A DNA stretch of 64,000 nt from an uncultured Fretibacterium sp. GTDB taxonomy: Bacteria; Synergistota; Synergistia; Synergistales; Aminobacteriaceae. The notes under the pieces were generated by a model, which was not told the origin of the DNA, searched no databases, and was given only the letters and a program-made list of their open reading frames with translations. The DNA is taken from the NCBI GenBank assembly GCA_963548695.1, contig CAUUWA010000003.1, forward strand, positions 5,982 through 69,981, read 5' to 3'. The translations under genes were made by a program, and so were the position numbers. Position 1 is the first letter of the stretch, and every line of letters begins with the position of its first letter. Positions 55,276 through 64,000 of the stretch are shown here, in pieces.

Positions 55276-58200
55276 TCAATTTCCGATGTTGAGCAGGTTG
55301 TCCAGCAGCTGATCCTTGAGCTGGTCCTCGGTGCGGTTCTCCCCGCCCTTTGCGCCGGGGCCGGTCGGGAACTTCAGGTTCAGGCGAAACTGTGCGCCGT
55401 CCCCCCTCTGCTCCTCGGTCCTGTTGAGCTTCTCCAGGGGCAGGTAGTCCTGCAGCGGCTTGTCGATCCTGAGATTCAGCAGCTGGAGGTTCGACCAGCC
55501 GCCCGCCAGGACGAAGGATACGTCCTGAAAATCCCGTTTGTTGACGCCCAGCGCCTCGCCCAAGACGCTCTTGAGCAGGTTGGTGTTCGAGAGCCCGCCG
55601 GTGAAGTACTGAAATACGCCCTTCATGGCGCCCAGCACTTTGTTCAGCATCTGGACGTCGAAACGGCCCTTGCAGACCAGCTTCAGTCCCTTGCCGGGTA
55701 TCCCGAGCGGTCCGTTGACCGAGAAATAGCGGTAAAGGGGTTCGCCGGGCCCTGCCGTGGCCTGGGTCCCCGGGTTCAGCCAGAGGTCCGAGCCGTCCCA
55801 GAAGAACGTCCCCCGAATCGCCTCGAAGGTGATGCGTTTGATCGGCGATATGGTCTCGATCATCCCCACCTTATGGAGGTACCCTCCGCTCGTCGTGAAG
55901 CTGCCGTTGGCGAAGACCATCATCAGGGCCCCGAAGTTGCCCTTCAGGCGGACGTTGGCGTCCGCGCTGCCGACCAGCTCGCCCTCGGGCAGGAAGGGAC
56001 GGGTCAGGTCCCCAAGGTCCACTCCGCTCACTCTGGCGGTCCCCTGCCACTTCGACTCCGCCAGGTTCACGTCGGCATCGGCCCGGACCGACCCCTTGCA
56101 GAACACCGCCCTTCCCCCGCTCAGGGTGGCCTTTCCGCCGGAGACCCGGAACGGCAGAGCGATGTCCGTAACGGTCATCCCCGAGGCCGTCAGCCTGGGG
56201 ATGGACAGGGACACGGCGACGGACGGCAGCGCTCCGTCCCCTTTCGCTCCAACGGCCCCCGTCAGCTTCGCCGTCATCCGTCCGGCCAATTTGCCCTTCA
56301 AGGACGGGGACTTGGCCGAGAGCATCCGGTCCAGGTCCAGCGGCTCCGTCGTCATGGAGTAGCGCCAGCCCGAGCCCTCCCGCCGAACGTCCCCCTTGAC
56401 GGTGAGCCCGAAGTCCCCGAGCTTGCCGCTGGCGTGCAGCGCAAAGCGATCCTTCCCCGAGGACTGAACCGACAGCGCCAGGCGGTCGACGATCGTCTCC
56501 CGGACCGTCAGGGGCGTATCGACCCGCAGGGTCGCCTCGGGCCTTGCGGGCGAGCCCTGGAGGGTGAGGGAGCCGTTGAGGATGCCGCCCACCGGGGCAT
56601 CGAGCACGAAGGGATTCAGGAGCTCCCGGAGCGACAGGTCCCTCACGGCCAGTCTCACGTCGAGCTTGTGGTCCATGGGGTTTCGCGCCGACAGGGAGAC
56701 CGATCCCTTCCCCTCGAGCGTCCCCTTGCCCAGCGCCGCCGAGAGGCGGTCGACGCGAATCTCCCTCGTCGTTCCCCGCAGGTCGAGCTCCAGCCCGTCC
56801 AGGGGGACGCCGCCGGCCCGGATGCCCGTCCCTCGAAGCGACGCGGACAGTGCCGCCGAGTCCGCGGGCCCCGAGACCTTGAAGCTCCCCTGAAGCGTGC
56901 CATCCAGGCCCTGCGGCTTCCCCGCCCCGAACAGGGAGGCGAGGTTCAGCCCGTTCAGTATTCCGGAGAGGTCGAGCTGCGGTTTCCCCTCCCTCGGCAG
57001 GGCGACGGTCCCCCGAAGGGTCAGCGTTCCTCCGGGCAGGTTCAGCGCGGACTCCGGCAGCGTCAGGCGACCGTCCGCATAGGAGGCCGACAGCTTGAGG
57101 CCGCGTAGGGGGACGTCCGCCACGCGGGCATCCTTCCCGGTCAGGTGGACCGTCACGCGGGGATCCGAGAACGAGCCGCCGACGAAGGCTTTGACGTCCA
57201 GGAGCCCCCTGACCTGCGAGGCGATCTGCGGGATGGACCGGGGGTCGAGCCCCAGGACCCGCCCCTCGAAGCCGAGCCCCTTTCGCCGAAGGTCCGCCGT
57301 CCCGGACAGGGACAGCGGCGCCTTCCCGATGCGCCCCTCCAGGCGCTCCAGGACCGCCTGCCCGTCGGCGCAGCGCAGGGAGGCGCTCAGGTCGCGGACC
57401 GTCACCCCTCCGGCCGTAAGGCCGGGGGAGCTCAGGGTCCCCGAGACGGCCATCGCCTCGTCGACCCGGACGGTGAGGGCCAGCTTCCCCGACGGGGCCG
57501 CAGCGGCCAGAGCGGGGAAGACGGCCGCCATCAGGGCGGTATCGAGTTCCGTCGCGGTGAAGGACATCTCCGGCCGCAGGGCGCCGTTCCTCCGCAGGGC
57601 CTCTCCCCTGCCTCGGACGCGGCCCCCGAAGACCTCGCCGTCGCAGACGATGCGGGGGGGGGCCCCGGGGGTCAGACGTATGTCGGCGGTCAGGTTCCGG
57701 ACCAGCCGCTTCCCGCCCGCGGCCACCTCGGGCAGACTCGCCGAGAGATCGCCCGAGACGCTGCCCGAGGCGTCGGCGGTCAGGTCGAACCGCACCTGTC
57801 CCCCCTCGCCGGCCAGGCCGGCCTGGGGCGCGAGGAGGCGGCCGATGTTCTTCAGGGACACCCCTTTGGCGGAGCCGCGCGCGGCCAGGCGAGGCCCCGA
57901 GGTCCCTGCCCCTCCCCGAAAGTCCGCCGACAGGGCCAGGGACGCGTCGGCGGACAAGCTGCGGAATGCCGCGTCCGACACGGTCAGCACCCCTCCGGAC
58001 CAGCTCCAGGGGAGGCGGAGCTCGAGGGGGACGTCCCGGACGCGCGCGCGTTTCAGGGAAAGCACGCCGCCGGCCTCGAGATCGTCCACGGTCCCTCTGA
58101 CCGAGAAGCGGCCGTCGAGCCTCCCCGTCCCGCGGAGGTCGGCACTACCGGGCAGGAGCTCCAAAAGGGAGCCCAGGGACAGGGCCGAGAGGTCGCCGCG

Positions 58201-58860
58201 GAGGTCGAAGGGCTGCTCGATGCGTCCCTTGAAGGAGCCCTTCCCCTTCCCTATTCTGACGTCGCTGGAGACCACCTCGAGCGGCGAGAAGCCGATGACC
58301 GCGTCCGCCTCCAGCGGGAGCTCCCCGAGGGCCGAGCGCAGGACGAGGCCCCCCTGTTCCGAGAGGTCCAGCGAGGTCAAATTCAGGGCTCCCCAGGGGG
58401 AGGCGACGGCGGCGTCCCGAACCGAGATGCGCACCGGGAGGACATGCAGGGGTTCCGAGGAGGCCGTCCCTCCGCCGAACCGGTCCGCCAGGCTCCGAAG
58501 GCTCTCCACGTCGGTGCTCAGCCCCTCCAGCTCCAGGGCCTCCGGCCAGGGGCTCCCGCTCAGGATGGAGCTCCAGTTCGGGCGCACGGAGAGGCGCCGA
58601 AGCTCCAGCAGAGCAGCGTCGCCCGATACGAGCGCCGCCCCCGTCACCGTGTACCCCCCGTAGAGGGACCCCTCCAGCCCCTCGACGCGAAGGGAGGGCA
58701 CGAGGCCGGAGCCGATGTGCCGGACGATCGGCAGCAGCAGCCAGCGGCCCGTCGGCAGCCAGACGAGGCCGGCCGCCAACAGAAACAGAAGCGGGAATAA
58801 AAGGAGGAGCAGCTGCGTCATGTGGCGCAGAAGTTTACGGAATAAATTAAACAAAAACAT
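55276..58860 (-). CDS. AsmA/TamB-like periplasmic beta-rich protein
   Basis: N-terminal anchor then ~1150 aa of repeated G/L-rich beta strands. Confidence 0.7.
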   Translation of the reverse strand: MFLFNLFRKLLRHMTQLLLLLFPLLFLLAAGLVWLPTGRWLLLPIVRHIGSGLVPSLRVEGLEGSLYGGYTVTGAALVSGDAALLELRRLSVRPNWSSILSGSPWPEALELEGLSTDVESLRSLADRFGGGTASSEPLHVLPVRISVRDAAVASPWGALNLTSLDLSEQGGLVLRSALGELPLEADAVIGFSPLEVVSSDVRIGKGKGSFKGRIEQPFDLRGDLSALSLGSLLELLPGSADLRGTGRLDGRFSVRGTVDDLEAGGVLSLKRARVRDVPLELRLPWSWSGGVLTVSDAAFRSLSADASLALSADFRGGAGTSGPRLAARGSAKGVSLKNIGRLLAPQAGLAGEGGQVRFDLTADASGSVSGDLSASLPEVAAGGKRLVRNLTADIRLTPGAPPRIVCDGEVFGGRVRGRGEALRRNGALRPEMSFTATELDTALMAAVFPALAAAAPSGKLALTVRVDEAMAVSGTLSSPGLTAGGVTVRDLSASLRCADGQAVLERLEGRIGKAPLSLSGTADLRRKGLGFEGRVLGLDPRSIPQIASQVRGLLDVKAFVGGSFSDPRVTVHLTGKDARVADVPLRGLKLSASYADGRLTLPESALNLPGGTLTLRGTVALPREGKPQLDLSGILNGLNLASLFGAGKPQGLDGTLQGSFKVSGPADSAALSASLRGTGIRAGGVPLDGLELDLRGTTREIRVDRLSAALGKGTLEGKGSVSLSARNPMDHKLDVRLAVRDLSLRELLNPFVLDAPVGGILNGSLTLQGSPARPEATLRVDTPLTVRETIVDRLALSVQSSGKDRFALHASGKLGDFGLTVKGDVRREGSGWRYSMTTEPLDLDRMLSAKSPSLKGKLAGRMTAKLTGAVGAKGDGALPSVAVSLSIPRLTASGMTVTDIALPFRVSGGKATLSGGRAVFCKGSVRADADVNLAESKWQGTARVSGVDLGDLTRPFLPEGELVGSADANVRLKGNFGALMMVFANGSFTTSGGYLHKVGMIETISPIKRITFEAIRGTFFWDGSDLWLNPGTQATAGPGEPLYRYFSVNGPLGIPGKGLKLVCKGRFDVQMLNKVLGAMKGVFQYFTGGLSNTNLLKSVLGEALGVNKRDFQDVSFVLAGGWSNLQLLNLRIDKPLQDYLPLEKLNRTEEQRGDGAQFRLNLKFPTGPGAKGGENRTEDQLKDQLLDNLLNIGN

Positions 58861-58935
58861 GACCTCGTTTCAATTCAAAGTCCCCATAAAGCGTCCCCAT
58901 AAAGTCCCCATGTTGATTTCTTATACCCGTCCCCC

Positions 58936-59031
58936 TGTGAATAAGTGGATAAGAAGGTGGATAAAATTCCAAAAACAGGCTTGAGACGTTCACTTGGCGC
59001 CTCATTGTGGATAAGTGGACTTTGTGGAAGA
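58936..59031. promoter_or_regulatory. Distal DnaA-box cluster
   Basis: Co-oriented TGTGAATAA 58936, AGTGGATAA 58944, GGTGGATAA 58956, TGTGGATAA 59006, TGTGGAAGA 59023. Confidence 0.7.
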
Positions 59032-59372
59032 CCTCAAACGCGCCGAAAAATCAAGTCTTGAATTTTTTCGGATATCCGATTCGGGGCGCCTCCAGGGACA
59101 TCGTCCCACAGTCCAATGAAACGCACCTCCAATGAAGTGCGCCGTTTTTCATCGGCCATGATAGCACGCTCCGCTTCCGCGCAAAAGCGCGATATCGCGC
59201 GGCACGCGAACCCGAACGAAGGCTTACTATTATACTTATTATAGTAATTCATTCCGCATGGAAGCTGCAGCCCCCTTTGCGGACGAAAATCAAGCGGTAC
59301 AATAAACGAATCGTAACCTCAATTCGAATCAAACCGAGGTATCGGCCTTGTGCCGGGAAAGGATACGGGCTC

Positions 59373-62300
59373 ATGGATAAATTGGAGGGCTTCTGGGACC
59401 CCCTGCTGCTCCCGCCGGACACGCCCACCGGGCAGAGGGCCGCCGTGACGGCCGGGGCCGGTAGGGTCGCGGTGGGGGCCGGGGCCGGGACGGGCAAGAC
59501 CTGGGTGCTCTCCAGCCGATACGCGCGCCTGCTCCTGACGGACGCGGAATGCCTGCCGCGCGACATTCTGACCCTCACCTACACGGAGGCGGCGGCCAGC
59601 GAGATGCGGGAGCGCATCGAACGGCGCGTCCGCGAGCTCCTGTCCGCACCGGGCGCGCCCGTCTCCGCGGATCGGGTCCGAGAGGTGACGGACGGGTTCG
59701 GCGAGGCGTGGATCTCGACCATCCACGCCTTCGCGGCACGGATGATCCGGGAGTCCGGCCTGTCGCTGGACGTGGACCCTCGCGCGTCGGTCGTCAGCAG
59801 CCCGCAGGAGGATGCCTTCTGGAACGCGATAGGGGACGCCGCGGAGGGGGCGGACCTCCGCGGAATGGCGAGGCTCAGCGGGGACGCCCGACTGCGCGCC
59901 GCCGCCGTCGCCCTGGACGACGACCGGACGCTCGGCGCGGCCCTGGACCAATGGGATGGTGCGAAGCTCCGCGACCTGGCGCGGGATACGGCGGAGCTGC
60001 ACGCTTCGCTGGGACACACCTGGGGCCAGATGCTGGACTGGGCCGCCGCCGCCCCGAGCTCCGACGATCCCTTGGTGTGTGCGGCCTCCGCGGCCGTGAC
60101 GGAGCTCCTGCGCCCGCACTGGCTCTCGGCCTGGGAGCTCTGGGGCTCGGTGTTCCGTGCTCTGGGTGGAGAGCTTGCCGATAAGGCGCACAAGGACCGC
60201 GCGGAGGGCAAGGCCGAAAGTCCCGCCGCGCTGATCGCCGCCTGCGGGGAGCTCTGGATGCCGCGGATGGCGGGCCGGGACCGCAACGCAGAGGGGCCCA
60301 GGGAGCCCGACGACGAGGCCCTGCGCCTCTTCACGCTGGACGTCCTGCACGCCCTTCGGAACCTCAGGGGGGCGACAGGAAAGCTCTTCGCCGCCATCAG
60401 GGACATCCTGGGAACGACGGCGGGCGATTGGCGCAAGGAACAGGAGCGGATCAAGCTCCCCGTCCTGTCCGGCCCGGCCCCGAACGAGCCCCTCCCGGAG
60501 CCGGAACGCCGCCTGCGCGCCACGCTTCTCCGTTTCTGCGGGACGGCCTGGGGCCTGTGGGATGAGATGAAGCGGCGGAGAGGGCTCCTGTCGTTCTCCG
60601 ACATGATCCTCCACGCCCGGGGCGCGGCGGAACGGGTACGCGCCTCCAGGGAGTTCCGCCACGTCCTGGTGGACGAATTTCAGGATACGGACCCCCTCCA
60701 GTTCTCCCTGCTGGAGTCCCTGAGGGAACGCGGAGGCGCGGGGCTCTTCGCCGTCGGGGACCCCAAACAGTCCATCTACCGCTTCCGCCACGCGGACCCG
60801 GCGCTCTTCGCCGGGACCATCGCCCAGGCGGACGAACGGATCGAGCTGGACGTGAGCTTCCGGACCCGCGGCCCCCTCCTGAGGCGGATCAACGGCCTGT
60901 TTGCCCATATCTGGAGCTCCGGGCTCGGCTCCTCCGCCGGGCTGAGGGGGCTGGCCTACGAGCCGCTCACCCCGGCCGCGGCCCCATCGGAGCGCAGCGA
61001 GGGGACCCTCGCCCCCTTTTCGCTCCTGCTCGCCGTCCGCTCTGGACGCGGCGAGGCGAACGCCCGGGAGCGCCTCGCCGCGGCGCTCGCCTCGCGCATC
61101 GGGGACGCCGTCCGCTCCGGCCGTACCGTGTGGGACAAGGCGGAACGAAGGCTTCGGCCCGCACGCTGGCGGGACTTTGCGGTGCTGCTACGGAACCGGA
61201 ACCATCACGGCCTCCTGGAGCAGGCGTTCGCGGCGGAGGGGATCCCCGTGCGGCTGGACCGAAGCACGGAATACTTCGCCCGCGGCGAGGTGGGCGACGT
61301 CATCGCACTGCTGCGCATGGCCGCGGACCCCGGGGACGAGACGGCCCTGTCGGGCTGGCTGCTCTCGCCCTTCTCGGGGGTCCCGAGGGGGGAGGCGCTC
61401 CGCCTCCTCGAGGGACGCGCCGCGGCGCTCCGAGCGGGGCGGAGGGGGCCGCTGTCCGACCTGCTGCGCGAGCTCATCCCCGAGGCGTTCAAGCGGCTCG
61501 TCCACCTCGAACTGCTGGGGCGTCACAGGGGCCCCGCGGCCCTGCTGGAGGGCTTCGTCCGGGACCGCCGCTGGCTCTCGGGATATGCCCCGCGCTATCG
61601 GCTCCGCGCGCTCCGAAACGTCCGGCGTGCGTACTCCCTGGCCCGCTCCTATCAGCGGGGGCTCGCCGTCAGCCTGGCCGGCTGCGCGCGGTGGATGGAG
61701 CGCGCCCTGAGGGACGGTTCCCGCATGGAGGAGCCGCACTGGATGGACCCGGACGCCGACGCCGTCCTCATCGCCACGGTCCACGCATCCAAGGGGCTGG
61801 AGTACCCCGCCGTCGCCGTGTTCGACACCGCGCGGCGCACCGCCTCCTCCTCGCTCTGTCCGTCCAGGACGCTGGGGTTGGCCTTCTCCGGCCTTCCCGA
61901 CGCCCTGGCCGATATTTCGGGCGCTCCGGGCAAAAACACGGAGACGGACGGGCCGGAGGCGCAGAAAGACCTCGAGCCCCGCACGATGCTCTGGGAGCGG
62001 CTGCTCTCCTCTCAGGGCGAGCTGGAGGAGGACATGCGCCTCTTCTACGTCGCCTGCACCCGGGCGCAGGACGCCCTGTGTCTCTGCGGGTTCGTCGGGG
62101 AGGACAAGGACGGGAACCGCACCCTGCCGCGGGACCGCTGGACGTCCCTCGCCCTCTCCTGGCTGGCCGGGGAGAAGGGCTGCGATTGGCAGGAGCTGGG
62201 CCAGCCCGAGGTCCGGTATCTGGACGAGGACGGCGAAGGCCCGGCCGCCCCCTCGGGCGGGGCAAGGGCGGAAATCAGGACGGAAATCAGGGCGAAAATC

Positions 62301-63287
62301 GGTACAGGGCCTGAAGCCGAGACATCCGGCGATGCCACGAAGGTTCCCCCCGCGCCGGTCCCGGCGCCGAGCCTCGACGGGGTGACGCTGGCCTCGTTCT
62401 CGGCGACGTCGTTCGCGCTGTTCGAGTGGTGTCCGCTGGCCTGGCGGCGTCGCTACCGGCAGGGCCTGGACCTTCGCTGGGAGATCCCCGACGAGGCGGC
62501 GGGCGGAACGGGGGACGCGGAGAGCGCGGGCGGCGCGGACCTGGGGACACTGGCCCACTGGATTCTGGCGCGCTGGCCCTCCGACCGCCCGATGCCGGGG
62601 GAGCGGGACGCCCTGTCCTGGTGGCTCTCGGACCCGCGCGTCCCGCAGCGTCTGCCCGCAAACCTACGGGAGATCTGGCGCGACCCCGGCTCTCGTGAGG
62701 CCCTGGCCGACTGGCTCCACCGGTTCAAGGACTCCGAGGCCGGGGTGGAGATCGGCGGGGCCCTGAGGACGGGGCGCGCTCGGCGAGAGGCGGGCTTCCG
62801 CGTGCGGGTCGGCGGGTCGGGCCTGCCCCTGGTCGGCGCTATGGACGTGGTCTGGCGCTCCACGGGAGCGGCGGGGCTCTGGCACGTCCGGGACTACAAG
62901 ATCACCCTCCCGTCGGGGGCCCCGGACGAGCTCTACCGGTCCCAGCTGGCCTTCTACGCGCTGGCGGTCCGGGAGCTCGCCGAACGGGCCTCGGAAAAGG
63001 GCGCGGGAGGGGGAAAAACGGGACTCACGAAGCAAAATTTCGAGGCGGTGGACGTCGGGCTGATCTTTCTGCGCGAGGGAGGGCTCATCGGGAGCCGATG
63101 TTCCTTTCCACGGGACTTCGAATGGGACGGATTGAGGTCGCGGGTGCTGGAGGCGGCGCGGGGCGCGGCCCTGGGGGACTGGCCGGCCCGGACCGATCGG
63201 TGCCGGGAGTGTCCCTGGGCCGGGAACTGTCCGGGCCGTCGCCGGGGACGGGCGCCGCGCCGCCTCGGAATAGATCGGATCGGATAA
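59373..63287 (+). CDS. UvrD-family helicase fused to RecB-type nuclease (AddA/AdnB-like)
   Basis: AGAGTGKT, STIHAF, VDEFQD, VGDPKQSIYRFR, TVHASKGLE, YVACTRAQ; nuclease D..DYK..Q..Y. Confidence 0.88.
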   Translation: MDKLEGFWDPLLLPPDTPTGQRAAVTAGAGRVAVGAGAGTGKTWVLSSRYARLLLTDAECLPRDILTLTYTEAAASEMRERIERRVRELLSAPGAPVSADRVREVTDGFGEAWISTIHAFAARMIRESGLSLDVDPRASVVSSPQEDAFWNAIGDAAEGADLRGMARLSGDARLRAAAVALDDDRTLGAALDQWDGAKLRDLARDTAELHASLGHTWGQMLDWAAAAPSSDDPLVCAASAAVTELLRPHWLSAWELWGSVFRALGGELADKAHKDRAEGKAESPAALIAACGELWMPRMAGRDRNAEGPREPDDEALRLFTLDVLHALRNLRGATGKLFAAIRDILGTTAGDWRKEQERIKLPVLSGPAPNEPLPEPERRLRATLLRFCGTAWGLWDEMKRRRGLLSFSDMILHARGAAERVRASREFRHVLVDEFQDTDPLQFSLLESLRERGGAGLFAVGDPKQSIYRFRHADPALFAGTIAQADERIELDVSFRTRGPLLRRINGLFAHIWSSGLGSSAGLRGLAYEPLTPAAAPSERSEGTLAPFSLLLAVRSGRGEANARERLAAALASRIGDAVRSGRTVWDKAERRLRPARWRDFAVLLRNRNHHGLLEQAFAAEGIPVRLDRSTEYFARGEVGDVIALLRMAADPGDETALSGWLLSPFSGVPRGEALRLLEGRAAALRAGRRGPLSDLLRELIPEAFKRLVHLELLGRHRGPAALLEGFVRDRRWLSGYAPRYRLRALRNVRRAYSLARSYQRGLAVSLAGCARWMERALRDGSRMEEPHWMDPDADAVLIATVHASKGLEYPAVAVFDTARRTASSSLCPSRTLGLAFSGLPDALADISGAPGKNTETDGPEAQKDLEPRTMLWERLLSSQGELEEDMRLFYVACTRAQDALCLCGFVGEDKDGNRTLPRDRWTSLALSWLAGEKGCDWQELGQPEVRYLDEDGEGPAAPSGGARAEIRTEIRAKIGTGPEAETSGDATKVPPAPVPAPSLDGVTLASFSATSFALFEWCPLAWRRRYRQGLDLRWEIPDEAAGGTGDAESAGGADLGTLAHWILARWPSDRPMPGERDALSWWLSDPRVPQRLPANLREIWRDPGSREALADWLHRFKDSEAGVEIGGALRTGRARREAGFRVRVGGSGLPLVGAMDVVWRSTGAAGLWHVRDYKITLPSGAPDELYRSQLAFYALAVRELAERASEKGAGGGKTGLTKQNFEAVDVGLIFLREGGLIGSRCSFPRDFEWDGLRSRVLEAARGAALGDWPARTDRCRECPWAGNCPGRRRGRAPRRLGIDRIG

Positions 63288-63361
63288 ATATAAAAATAGG
63301 ATAGAAAAGAGGGCCGGACGAGTCGCCCGGCCCTCGAAGGCGAACGGCGAAGCGGTCTCCG

Positions 63362-63892
63362 TCACCGTTTCCCCGCGGGGTAGACCTCCTCCAGCTTCCG
63401 CAGCAAAAGCCAGGTGACGACCCCGGAGATGATGATTTTTGGCGCGAGGAACGAGCCGTTGTAGATGGCGGAGTAGACCCAGGGGTTGGTCCCCTCGGGG
63501 GCATAGCTGGCGAAGAAGATGACGCCGGAGAGGACATGACAGGAGAACTGCGCGAGCGCCGCCAGGACCAGGCTCACCAGCCTCTGACGCGGCAGCAGCG
63601 CCGCCAGCCCTATGGCGCCGTAGGCCGCGGGGTAGTCCAGGATCGCCTGGACGGGATGCACGACATACCCGCCCAGCAGCAGGTTCATCACGCCCGCGAG
63701 CACCCCCGCGCCACAGCCCCAACACAGCCCCCTCCGCCAGGCGAACAGGATCAGCGGGACCAATTCCAGGTTGACGGAGCCCCCCTGAGGCATACGGAAC
63801 AGCCGGATGTAGGACAACACGATCGAGAGGGCGATGCACAGGGCCCCCTCCACCAAAACCACGGTACGCGACGAACGAACTTGCTCCGACAT
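63362..63892 (-). CDS. thiT: ECF-type thiamine transporter S component
   Basis: MPQGGS, HPVQAILDY, HVLSGVIFFASYAP, YSAIYNGS. Confidence 0.9.
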   Translation of the reverse strand: MSEQVRSSRTVVLVEGALCIALSIVLSYIRLFRMPQGGSVNLELVPLILFAWRRGLCWGCGAGVLAGVMNLLLGGYVVHPVQAILDYPAAYGAIGLAALLPRQRLVSLVLAALAQFSCHVLSGVIFFASYAPEGTNPWVYSAIYNGSFLAPKIIISGVVTWLLLRKLEEVYPAGKR

Positions 63893-64000
63893 GACGAAAC
63901 GACCTCCCCAGACAGGATAAAAAGATGACGGCGACATCCGGGGGAGGAATTGGGCGGGAACGGGAATCCGAAAGGAACGATGGATGAGAACGAACATCTT

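Noticed and set aside
58877..58911. CRISPR array
   Set aside because: Repeats are 11-13 bp, contiguous, without spacers, and no cas genes are present
386..63928. Numerous long overlapping or antisense ORFs in the ORF track (e.g. 2394-4493, 26125-28332, 42625-44367, 55066-57108)
   Set aside because: Shadow frames of recognisable genes, expected in high-GC DNA; R/G/P-rich with no motifs
63893..64000. TPP riboswitch upstream of thiT
   Set aside because: Expected from family knowledge, but the aptamer core is not within the window

Overview
High-GC anaerobic bacterial chromosome segment spanning the replication origin. The gene content and order suggest Synergistota such as Fretibacterium; this is inference, not a database result. 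The core is dnaA-oriC-dnaN-recF-mnmG-DciA(DUF721)-HU, with DnaA boxes, DnaA-trios, two outlying DnaA-box clusters and a parS site. Other content: a CHASE4-GGDEF-EAL protein coupled to an apparently catalytically dead 5'-nucleotidase; a lower-GC LysR/M20/NSS-transporter/M24 islet bounded by an IS200-like end; a YbhFGSR-like ABC exporter; trkAH; ugd; tRNA-Gly(CCC) followed by an unassigned promoter-to-terminator small RNA; a TAXI-TRAP plus corrinoid methyltransferase cluster preceded by a long terminated leader and followed by yedF/cysteine desulfurase; a lower-GC ABC-ATPase + TOPRIM-like gene pair (defence candidate); an AsmA/TamB-like protein; an orphan Fe-S AddA/AdnB-like helicase-nuclease; and thiT. 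There are also MITE-like elements and a five-copy double-hairpin repeat family. No CRISPR array, rRNA or intact transposase was seen.
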